The notes under the pieces were generated by a model. That model made no database searches. It was not told where the DNA came from and saw only the letters and a program-made list of their open reading frames with translations. Shown one piece after another: positions 49,407 to 59,500 of a stretch of DNA of 64,000 nucleotides. The stretch is taken from positions 32,001-96,000 of the forward strand of contig JBBRLJ010000010.1 of assembly GCA_038231435.1 (NCBI GenBank), given 5' to 3'. The number at the start of each line of letters is the position of its first letter. The stretch's first letter is position 1. The translations under genes were made by a program, and so were the position numbers. The DNA is from Planctomycetota bacterium. GTDB lineage: Bacteria; Planctomycetota; UBA11346.

Positions 49407-51155
49407 ATGACCCCGACCCTACGCGCTCTCCTCGGCCTCGGTCTCGCTGCTGGCGCCATCGCCGCGGATCCGAACCAGGCGGTTGATCGAGAAGTCCGTG
49501 ACCAGGAGTCGAGCCAGCGGGGCGTCGCCAGCCTGACCTCCACCACCGGCAAGCAGATGGACTCGTTGGTCGATGAATTCACCTTCAACAAGATCGGCGA
49601 CGAGAAGCAGGCCGAGTCGCTCACCGCGATATCGCAATCGCTCGCGCGCCTGACCGATCCCGCGGCCGGCGACACCGAGAAGAACATGCCTTGGGTGCAG
49701 AACCGCCTGACCGCGGCGCGCTCCTCGGACGACAAGGCCGGAGAGCTGACCAAGGCGTCCCAGGGCCAGGGCGAGATCCTCGCCAAGATGGACACGCTCT
49801 TGGCCAACGCGCAGAAGGAGTTCGGCGCGATCGGCAAGAAGCAGGATCTCCAGGACCTGCAGCGCGAGCAGAAGCGACTCCAGGACGAGACCGCGAAGCT
49901 CGCTGACAAGACCCTCGGCAAGACCGAGAAGGACCTGACCGTCCAGGAGAAGGTCGAGAAGGACCGCATCGCCCAACAGCAGAAGAAGCTCGAGGACACC
50001 CTCAAGGAGGCGATCGACCAGCTCAAGGACCAGGCCAAGCAGCAAGCCAAGGAAGATCCCAAGCAGGCCGAGAAGACCGACCAGGCGGCCAAGGATCTCG
50101 AGCAGAAGAAGGTCGATCAGGATCTCCAGAAGGCGACCGACGCCATCAAGGACAACAAGCTTGAGCAGGCCCAGCAGGAGCAGCAGAAGGTCCTCGACAA
50201 GCTCGAGCAGGCCCAGCAGCAGATGCAGGACCAGCAGAAGCCCGACCAGACCATGGCGGACCTCGAGAAGCAGATGGATAAGCTCGACGACCTGCAGAAG
50301 AAGCAGCAGGACGTCCTCGACAAGACCCAGAAGGCCGACCCCAAGAACGACAAGGACATGAAGCAGCTCCAGAGCCAGGAACAGAAGCTCGCGTCCGAGA
50401 TGAAGGACACCCCGAATCTTCCCGAGGCGGCCAAGCACGCCGACGACGCTCAGCAGGAGCTCGGCAAGCAGGAGCAGAAGCCCGCCGCCGATGACATGAA
50501 GAAGGCCCTCTCCGAGATCGACAAGGCCAAGCAGGATCTGCAGCAGAAGATGGACGAGATGAAGCCCGATCCGTCGCTGGCCGAGCTCGACCAGCAGCTC
50601 AGCCAGCTCGAGGACCTGCAGAAGCAGCAGCAGCAGCTGCTCGACAATGCCGAGAAGCTGAGCCCCCAGAGCAAGCAGCAGGAGTTCAACCAGCTCCAGT
50701 CGCAGCAGAAGGAGGTCGCCTCCGACATGAAGGATATGAAGAACCTTCCCGAGGCCGCGAAGGATGCCGATGCCGCCGAGAAGGAGCTCGGCAAGATGCA
50801 GCAGAAGCCCGCGACCGACGACATGAAGAAGGCGCTCGGCGAGATGGACAAGGCCAAGCAGGATCTGCAGCAGCAGATCGCCCAGAAGCAGGGCAAGGAC
50901 GGCAAGGACAAGCCGGGCAAGCCCGGCAAGCCGACCAAGCCGATGAAGAAGCCCGGCAAGGAGACGCCCAAGACGGCCTCGCTCGAAGAAGGCGAACTCG
51001 ACAAGAACAAGGGCAACGCGGCGTGGAAGGTGGGCCTGCAGCCGGGCGAGCGCGAAACGCTCAGCAACAGCGCCGGCGAGAAGTTCCCGCACAAGTACGA
51101 GCAGGCGCTCTCGCAGTACTACCGCGATCTCGCTGCCGGCGAGCAGTCCAAGTGA
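49407..51155 (+). CDS. Exported Gln/Lys/Asp-rich coiled-coil protein (resembles a DUF4175 C-terminal half)
   Basis: GGAG RBS, signal peptide (LLGLGLAAGAIA-A), long heptads, 108-aa internal duplication, C-terminal W.V.L...ER......FP.KY...L..YY..LA motif. Confidence 0.75.
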   Translation: MTPTLRALLGLGLAAGAIAADPNQAVDREVRDQESSQRGVASLTSTTGKQMDSLVDEFTFNKIGDEKQAESLTAISQSLARLTDPAAGDTEKNMPWVQNRLTAARSSDDKAGELTKASQGQGEILAKMDTLLANAQKEFGAIGKKQDLQDLQREQKRLQDETAKLADKTLGKTEKDLTVQEKVEKDRIAQQQKKLEDTLKEAIDQLKDQAKQQAKEDPKQAEKTDQAAKDLEQKKVDQDLQKATDAIKDNKLEQAQQEQQKVLDKLEQAQQQMQDQQKPDQTMADLEKQMDKLDDLQKKQQDVLDKTQKADPKNDKDMKQLQSQEQKLASEMKDTPNLPEAAKHADDAQQELGKQEQKPAADDMKKALSEIDKAKQDLQQKMDEMKPDPSLAELDQQLSQLEDLQKQQQQLLDNAEKLSPQSKQQEFNQLQSQQKEVASDMKDMKNLPEAAKDADAAEKELGKMQQKPATDDMKKALGEMDKAKQDLQQQIAQKQGKDGKDKPGKPGKPTKPMKKPGKETPKTASLEEGELDKNKGNAAWKVGLQPGERETLSNSAGEKFPHKYEQALSQYYRDLAAGEQSK

Positions 51156-52195
51156 TCAAGCGCGCGCTGCTGGCTCCGCTGGCGGCCATCGCCGCCATGG
51201 CGCTGGCCTGCGCGCCGCTGCGCGCCGTCGATAACGCCGACGACATGCAGCCCGCTTCCGCCGCGGCGCTGAAGAAGGGCCTCGCCTTCCTCGCGACTAC
51301 GCAGCGGCCTGACGGGTCGTGGGCGACCTGGGGTGCGCCGACCACCGGCGTGGCCGCGGCCTGCACGCTCTCGTTCCTGGCCAACGGGCACGTGCCCGGC
51401 AGCGGCGAGTATGGACAGGTTGTCTCCAAGGCCCTGCAGTTCCTCATCCGCAACGCCCAGCCGAGCGGCCTGATCTACAAGAACGGCATGGGCCCGTTTC
51501 CGATGTATCACCACGGGCTGGCGACGCTGGCGATCGCCGAGTCGTGGGGCGAATCCTCTGACCCGCGCATGCGTGAAGTCCTCAAGCGTGCGGTGGATCT
51601 GATCTGCTCGTGCCAAAACCAGCGCGGCGGGTGGCGCTATCAGCCGCGCGTCGCCGACGATGACCTGTCGGCGACGGTCATGCAGCTGATGGCCCTGCGC
51701 GCCGCGAAGGACGCCGGCATCGATGTGCCGAAGGAAGTCATCGACGCGGGCGTCGAATACGTGAAGTCGTGCCACAACAGCCGCGGCCAGGGCAAGGACG
51801 GCGGCTTCGCCTACACGCCGGGCGGCGAGTCCGGTTTCGCGCGAGCCGGAGCCGGCGTCACCTCGCTGCAGGTGGCGGGCAACTACAAGGCCACCGAGAT
51901 CAGCGAGGGCGTCGACTACATCCTCAAGTTCAAGCCCCTCGGCACCCAGACCACCGACCAGAACTTCTACTATTACGGACTCTACTACTCCACCATGGGC
52001 ATCTACCAGGCGCAGAGCATCGGCGCCTGGGGCCGGAAGGCCTGGGCCTCGTGGTACCCGGCGGTGATCAAGGATCTCGCGGCCACCCAGAAGCCCGAAG
52101 GCAAATGGGACGGCCCGTACGACCAGTTCTCTACCGCCATGCCGCTGCTGATCCTGGCCATCCCGTGCCGGTACCTGCCGATCTACCAGCGGTGA
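51152..52195 (+). CDS. Exported prenyltransferase/squalene-oxidase-repeat (alpha/alpha barrel) protein
   Basis: Signal peptide; QW-like repeats QRPDGSW, QNQRGGWRY, DGGFAY, QKPEGKW; MYHHGLATLAIAE; YYYGLYY; ends YLPIYQR; GTGA overlap. Confidence 0.85.
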   Translation: MIKRALLAPLAAIAAMALACAPLRAVDNADDMQPASAAALKKGLAFLATTQRPDGSWATWGAPTTGVAAACTLSFLANGHVPGSGEYGQVVSKALQFLIRNAQPSGLIYKNGMGPFPMYHHGLATLAIAESWGESSDPRMREVLKRAVDLICSCQNQRGGWRYQPRVADDDLSATVMQLMALRAAKDAGIDVPKEVIDAGVEYVKSCHNSRGQGKDGGFAYTPGGESGFARAGAGVTSLQVAGNYKATEISEGVDYILKFKPLGTQTTDQNFYYYGLYYSTMGIYQAQSIGAWGRKAWASWYPAVIKDLAATQKPEGKWDGPYDQFSTAMPLLILAIPCRYLPIYQR

Positions 52196-53490
52196 TCCGC
52201 GTGCATCGACCCGGCCGCGTCGCATCCCTCGTCATGCTGCTAACCTTGGGGGCCACCGCGGCGGCCGCCGAGGCGGCGCCTCCGCGCGAGAAGCCGAAAC
52301 CCTTGAAGCCGCCTCCGGCGTCATCGGCGCCTGCTGCGTCCGCGACGAGCCCGGCACTGCCGGCGGCACCACCAGGCGCTCAACCGGGGAAGCTCGCAAG
52401 CGTCGCTCCGCGGGTGGCCGCGCCCGAGGTGTCATCGTTGCTCACCGCCGACGGCAAGCGGGTCACTGGCACGCCGAAGCTCGCGTCTGGCAAGCTGTCG
52501 CTCGGCGACGACGCTGGCGTCGCGGTCGATCGCGTCATCGCCCTCGACTGTCCGGGCGATCTCGCCGGCTGGTTCGACATCGGCGTGGTGTTCGCGAACG
52601 GCGATGTCCTCCACGGCGTGCCACGCAGCCTGCAGGACGGCAAGATCGACTTCGCGTGCGACGTCCTCGGGCCGCTGAAACTCTCGTCGGCCGACGTGGC
52701 TGCGATCATCTTCTCGCCGATCCACTCCTGCGACGCCCTCGCCAGCCAAGGCGATTTCGCCGGTGTCGTGCTCGCCAACGGCGATCGCGTGAAAGGCGTT
52801 CCCGCGTTCGTGAATGAGCAGAACGTCGGCCTCGATACCGGGCGCAAGGTCCTGCAGATGCCGCGCGAGCGCATCCGCATGCTGGTGCTGAGGCCGCCCA
52901 TGCCGGCGATCGGTGAGCGCACACGCCAAGTGGTGTGGCTCGCCAACGGCGACCGCCTCGGTGGCACTCTGTCGTCCTTGTCCGGAGATGGCTTCACCCT
53001 CGATGGCCCGCACGGCGTGCTGAAGCTGCCCGCGGCGTCGCTGCGCGCCATGTGGAGCGAAGGCGGAGTCCTCACGCCGCTGGACTCGCTCACGCCAGCA
53101 TCCGTCGTCGAGACGCCGCAGTTCGATGCGCATGTCGGCATCTCCATCGATCGCGGCCCCGACGGCTGGCTGTCGATCGGCGGCCGCCGCTACGCCCGTG
53201 CCATCGCCTGCCATGCCACCAGCACGTGCTCCTACGATCTGGCGGGAAAATACTCATCGTTCGTGGCCGAGGTTGGTCTCGCCTCCGGGCCGGGCAGCGC
53301 GGTGCTGAAGGTGGTGGTGGACGGCAAGACGGCCTTCGACAGCGGCGCGGTGACTTCCGCCGACAAACCCCGCGCGCTCTGCGTGTCGGTGGCGAGCGCC
53401 CGCGAACTGCGCCTGGTGGTCGAGGCCGGAGCGGATGGCGATGCGGTCGGCGACCGCGCGGTCTGGGGCTGGCCGACGCTCATCAGATGA
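52192..53490 (+). CDS. Exported protein with repeated L.NGDRL.G modules and C-terminal NPCBM/NEW2 domain
   Basis: FANGDVLHG, LANGDRVKG, LANGDRLGG repeats; LSIGGRRYARAI..H...YDLAGKYSSFVAEVG...LRLVVE..ADG..GDRAVWG.P.L. Confidence 0.8.
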   Translation: MIRVHRPGRVASLVMLLTLGATAAAAEAAPPREKPKPLKPPPASSAPAASATSPALPAAPPGAQPGKLASVAPRVAAPEVSSLLTADGKRVTGTPKLASGKLSLGDDAGVAVDRVIALDCPGDLAGWFDIGVVFANGDVLHGVPRSLQDGKIDFACDVLGPLKLSSADVAAIIFSPIHSCDALASQGDFAGVVLANGDRVKGVPAFVNEQNVGLDTGRKVLQMPRERIRMLVLRPPMPAIGERTRQVVWLANGDRLGGTLSSLSGDGFTLDGPHGVLKLPAASLRAMWSEGGVLTPLDSLTPASVVETPQFDAHVGISIDRGPDGWLSIGGRRYARAIACHATSTCSYDLAGKYSSFVAEVGLASGPGSAVLKVVVDGKTAFDSGAVTSADKPRALCVSVASARELRLVVEAGADGDAVGDRAVWGWPTLIR

Positions 53491-53566
53491 CCACTCCCTG
53501 AAGGCTCCCCGACGATTCCCTGAAGATCCCATGACTCTCTCTGAAGACCGATTGGCGGACTAGACG

Positions 53567-56500
53567 ATGCGCACCCTTGGCTTTTACGCGACCGCGCTGG
53601 TCATCTCCATGTCCTTGTTCGTCTCGTTCGGCGGCATCGGGTCAGCCACCGATCTCACCTGGGACGGAGTGAATGGCGACAAGGCTCCCGACGGTTGGGA
53701 TCTCCATCGCTCCGCCGAATCGAAGGGCACGATCCATGTCGAGGACGGCGCGCTCGCGCTCACCGCCGAGATTGGCCGGTACGCGCACCTCGATCGGCAG
53801 CTGAAGGGCATGGACGGCAGCGACGAGACTCCGCTACGCGTGGAATGCTCGGTCGCCATCGACGATGGCGCCGGCATCGGCGATCGTCCGGCAATGATCG
53901 CGCTCTATTGGGGGGGCGCCGCGAGCATCGGCATCGGCATCGGCGACGGCGGCGAGAAGGGCCGTGAGGGCGATGCCGTCCGCCGGCGCGCCTGGCTGTG
54001 CACCGTCGTGGGCGGCAAGGCCGAGCAGAAGCCGACCGAGGCGTGGTTCTACCCCGGCCAAGCCGCTGGGCATCTGCGGCTGGTCGCCACCGCGCGCGAC
54101 GTCTCGGCGTTCGCGAGCAAGGACGGCTGGAGCTGGCAGCGCGTGGCCTCGTTCGAGCGGACCAAGGATTTCAGCGGCCCGCCCGAGCGCGTGATCGTGG
54201 GCCGCGGCTGGTCGCCCGAAAAGGACGCGAAACCCTTCCTCGACAATGACGGGACCCCGGGAACCACCCCGGGAAAGACCGCCGACTTGTTCGTCTACAG
54301 CTTTTCGCAACTTCTGGTCAGCAACTCTCCGCCGAGCGTGCCCGCGGCACTGCTCAAGACCTACCAGAAGAAGGAGTCGCTCGAGGAAACCATGGACACG
54401 ATCGCCGCGGCCGGCGCGGTGCGTCAGTGGATGGTCCTCGGTCCGCTCGCCGCCAGCCCCAAGGCCTACGGGCCCGAAACGGCATACGATCCCACCGCCA
54501 CCCTGGAGGTCATCGGCCCCAAGAAGGGCTGGAACCCGTTCGTGCCGGGCGAGAGCCCGACCGATCGCATCATCATCCTCAGCGATGTCATCCCTGGCGC
54601 AGGCCCCGACAGCGTGCGCTTCGCCGAGGCCACGATCGTGGCGGACGCTCCGCGCCTCGAGCGTTTCCTGTTCGACGGCATGCGCGAGATCCGGCTCTAC
54701 CTCAACGGCCGCGAGATCGCCCAGGACCGGCGCGACAACGGCGAGGTGCAGCTCGAGCGCCTATCGGTCACCGCGCCGCTGCGCAAGGGCGAGAACCATC
54801 TGGTGGTCAAGCTGCTCAGCGGACAGACCAGTCGCGCGGTGTTCACCCTGCGCCATGAGAACGGGGATCCGCGCTACCGGATCGCCCTGCTCAAGCGCCT
54901 GGCCATCGATTTCGCCGAGGAAGGCGAAGGCTTGATCTCATCGCAGCTGGAGATCAGTCGGCTGTGGGAGAACCAGGGCTTCGTGCGCGAGGCCGCGGCC
55001 GCGCTCGACGAGGTCGCCAAGAACGCCGAAGCCTCGCCCGAGCAGATCGATGCGGCACTCATCGAGCGTGCACGGCTGCACCGGGCACTGCGCGACGAGG
55101 CGAAGGTATCCTCCGACGTGGAGGAGCTCACCAAGCGTTGGGTCGAGGGCTCCGGCACCGATCCGGTCGCCGCGCGGCTGAAGGCCGCTCATCTCTGGGA
55201 GCGCATGGAGCAGCCCGCCAAGGCGGCGGAAGCCCTCGAGCAGGCGGCGACAGCGGCGGGTGTGGACGCCGAGCAGCAGGTGGAGATCGGGCTGGAGCGC
55301 GCGCGCGTGCACTTCCGCCTCGGGGACCAGGACGCGATCACCGCCGATCTGCGCTCGATCGCCAAGCGCCTGCCTGAGACGGATCCCCGGCGCATCGACT
55401 TCCTGGTCGCGGCCATCCAGCGCGACGTGCGGGCCACCAAGCCCGTGGACGATGCCCTGGGCGGGATTGATGTGACCAAGGCGTCGGCAACCGCCTTGAG
55501 GAACCTCGCCGCGCTCAACCTGAAGCGCAACGACGCGCCGCGCCGGCTCGCGGCGCTGAAGGCGCTGGCGGCCTCACCGGCGCAGATGGCTATCGACGCC
55601 GCCGATGTCGCGTGCGCCGAGGCCATCATCGCGGCAAAGGGCGACGACAAGCAGGCCGCCGAACTGTACCGCAAGGCTATCAGTGCGCTCCCGAGCGCGA
55701 CGCTGCCGGGCGTCGAGGCGCGCGTGAAGGCAGGTACGGGCGCAGATCCCAAGGCGCTCGGCGCGCTCCGCTCGGCGTGGGTGCGGGCGACGCTCGCCGA
55801 CACCGAGGCCGGCGCCGCGCTGCTCGCCGAGATCGACACGATCTCGGCCGCGGGATCCAAGGCTAGGCCGCTGCCGAGCGAGGTGCGATCGTTCGCGGTC
55901 GCGGGCCCGATCGACAACGCCAACTGGCGCTGCTACGAGGCCGCCTTCCTCGATCAGAACGTGCATCCCAGCAAGGTCGACATCACCAAGCCGGTCGAGG
56001 GCAAGCCTTGGCAGGTTCCCGGCCCGCAGTTTTGGGGCAACGGCTACCTCGACATCGCCGCGATGTACAATCCCGGCAATTGCTGCGCATTCGCCTATAC
56101 CGAGATCGACGTTGTCGACGATGTCGACACCGAACTGAGCATGGGCGCCGACGATGGGCTGGTGCTGTGGTTCAACGGCGAGAAGAAGCACGAGGATCGC
56201 GATCAGCGCGGCGTGACTCCCGACAGCATCGTCATCCCGGTGCATTTCAAGAAGGGCAAGAACTCCATCCTCGCGATGATCCAGCAGGGCGGAGGCGGCT
56301 GGGGCTTCCAGTTTCGCATCAAGGGCGGCACCAGCGCGGGCGACATCGCCGGCGCGCTGTCGCTGCTGGACGCCCACCCCGAGGCGCGCGCGGACGCGGT
56401 CCCGTCGCTCGCCGCGGCCTTCGAGAACCTCATCCGCTCGGATCGCTATGCCCAGGGCGTCGCGCTGGGGAGGATGATTATACGCGCATTCCCCGATTTT

Positions 56501-59500
56501 TCCGCGACGCAATTCACCGTTGCCTGGCGCCTCGCCGAGCAGGCCAAGGTGCACAATGACGCCGCCACGCTCGCCGACATCCCGGCCTGCATCGACAGTT
56601 CGACAGAAGCGCTGGTCCCCGAGCGCGACGTCCAGGTGCGCGACCTGCGCTACAACGTTGGAAGCCAGCTCTCCGAATGGGGCAGATTCGATGCGGGTAT
56701 GACGACGCTGCGTTCGTTGATGCGCACGCAATTCGACTGGGCGACGCAGGTGCTGTCGCTCTACGGCCTGGGCGAACTGTACCGGCACGCGGGCTATCCG
56801 CGCCTCGCGGCCAGCTTCTACACCAAGGCGGTCGCCCTTGGTGTCACCGACGATTGGTGGGTGCGCACGCTGCATGAAGCGCAGATGCGGGTGCGCCTGC
56901 CGAAGGGTGAGAAGGCCATGTTCGAGATCTCGTTCGAGGCGAACGCGCTGCTGCGCACCGCCGACCGCGCCGCCGCCAGTGGCGACGTCGAGCGCGCGGT
57001 GGTGAGCTACCAGAAGGCGATCGAGGATTTCGGCCCACAGCTCTGCCAGAGCGCGAATGGCCGCTACCTGTCGGTCTCTGGCTACTGCGCGCAGCGCATC
57101 CGCGCGCTCGGAGACGTCGCGATCGCGTCCTACGGCGAGCATTTCGACGGCCGCGCCAAGGCGATGCTCGAGGCCGCCTCCGTAGAGGGACAGCCCGATG
57201 CGTTCGAGCGCGTGGCGCTCGCATATCCGTTGGCGAAGTCCTCGGCGTCCGCGCTCAGTCAGGCGGCAGATGGCTACCTCGATGCCGGCGCCTGGTCGCT
57301 CGCGCTCGCCACCTTCGAACGGCTCCTCGCCGAATCCTCTGATCCCGAACTGCCACGGCCGCTCCTGCTCGCCAAGGCGGCACGTGCCGCGGCTGGCGCG
57401 GGGGATCGCGCGGGTTTTGCCCGCATCAAGGCGGCCCTCGAGAAGATCGGAGGCGTCCTGACGATCGGCGGCAAGGCGGTCGACGCAAAGATCTACCTCG
57501 GCGAGGCGGCCCGGCTGTTGCCGGCTCCGCCCGCAGCCGCGGCAGATCCTGTGATCACCACCACTTCGATCCTGGCTACTTTTCCGGTGCCGGTCATCGA
57601 CATGCGCGATGCGCGGCGGTTCTCGTACGGCAAGGATGTCCAGATCGCCTGCCGCCCGGCCATCGACCATGGCGTCGCCTACATCCACACACTTGAGGAC
57701 AGCTTCGCGCTCGATCTCGCCACCGGCGGTTTGCGCTGGCGCGCTGCGGTCAATTTCCCGGCGCTGCGCCATCCGCACCGCTCGGCGTCGTTCCTTGGGC
57801 TTCCCGAGGCGACCACGGCGCTCGGCGGCGGTAAGGCCCTGGTGCGCGTTGCGCGGGGCCGGTCGATGGTGATCGACGCTCGCGACGCTGGAACCGGCGC
57901 CATGGCGTGGTCGACCGAGGGCATCCCGCAGCTCGCGGGCATGTACGCCAGCTCCTCTCCGACGATCGCTGATGGCCGGGTCTACGCGTTGTTCGTCGAC
58001 CAGAACCGCGCCTACGCGGCGGCGTTCGCGCTGGAGAGTGGAAACCTGCTGTGGCTGAGTCCGGTAACATCTCGCCGCGCGACCCTGCCGGTGAGCGCCG
58101 ATCTCGAGGTGTTCGTCGGCGGCAACGCCGCGCCGCCCACCTGCGTCGGCCGGGATCTGTATGTCGCCACCGATCTGGGCGCCGTCTCATGCATCGACGC
58201 CGCCAACGGCGCGGTGCGCTGGGTCGCGACCTATCCTCGCGCGGTCCTGGATTGGACCGACTGGTCGGCGTTGCTGCCGCTCATGAACCGCGCGCCCACG
58301 CGCGTGCTGGCCGACGAGAGCCGCATCTACCTGGCGCCCCACGACAGCCTCAGCGTCATCAGCTTCCAGCGCGGAAGCGGGGACCCTGCGTGGAAGATCG
58401 AACTTTCTGAATGCCGGCAGATCCTCGGCTTCGCGGGCGCGGGGCGACTGCTGCTGCAAGGGCAGGGCCTCGAAGCCGTCGACGCCGCGACCGGGGCGCG
58501 CGTGTGGCGCTGGCAGCCGCGGGCAGGCGACGGTCCAACGCTGGGTACCGCGGCCATCGGCGCGTCGAGCATCTACGTAGCGACGCCCAAGGGGCTGTCG
58601 CGGGTGGCGATCGCGAGCGGCATGACCGAGGATTTCCGCACCTGGAAGGACCTGGGATCGGGCGGGTTGATTCCGGGCAATCTGCAGATCGTCGGCGACG
58701 GCCTGATCGGTACCGGCAACGGGGTGGTGGTATCGCTGTCCTCGGGAAAGGGCGCGGTCGTCCAGCCGGTCCGCGTGGCCGGAGGCTTGGCGCGCGACGT
58801 CACCATTTCCGCGGCGACGCTTCCCGCCGCGCCGCCAGGATCGCCGCTCGGCCTGTCGTGGAACCTCGGCGGCGAAGCAGTCGAGAAGATCGAACGCCCT
58901 CCGGGCTGCGCTCCGGGCGAATGCTTCGTGCGTTTCGAGCAGTCCATCGCGCGCGTCGACGTGGCCAACCGCAAGGTCCTCTGGCGCGCCCCGATCACCT
59001 CCGACGTGCGCTGGTGCACCTACAACAAGGGCATGGTCCTGATCGTGCACCGCTTCTCGCTCACCGCTCTCGATCGCGAAACCGGGGAGCTGCTGTGGAT
59101 GGCTGACATCGGCGATTATTTCCTCGACGCGCTGAAGGAAGACGGTGATCCGCCGGTGGTGGTCCTGGGCGAGGACGCGGTGCTGGTGTACCGCGTCTAC
59201 TGGCACCGCAGCGTGTCGATCCTCAGCCTCGCGACCGGCGCCAACATCGGGCGCTTCGACCTGGACGGGGGCGTGCTGGCAGCGACCACCAAGGGGGGGC
59301 ACGTGTTCACCGCGGTTCGCCGCGACAATGCCGTCTACATCGATGAACGCGATCTCGCGCGGCCAGGCGGACAGCTCGCGGCGCACGAGATGCAGAAACC
59401 TGGCGACCGCGACAACGCGACCCTGGTAGGGACCGACGCCATCATCGTGCAGAACGCCGGCCAGGCCACCCGCTTCGATCTCGCCACCAAGAAGGCGGCG

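Noticed and set aside
49419..51092. 557-aa Leu-rich minus-strand ORF
   Set aside because: Mirror of the Gln/Lys/Glu codon repeats of the real coiled-coil gene (CAG/AAG/GAG read as Leu on the other strand).
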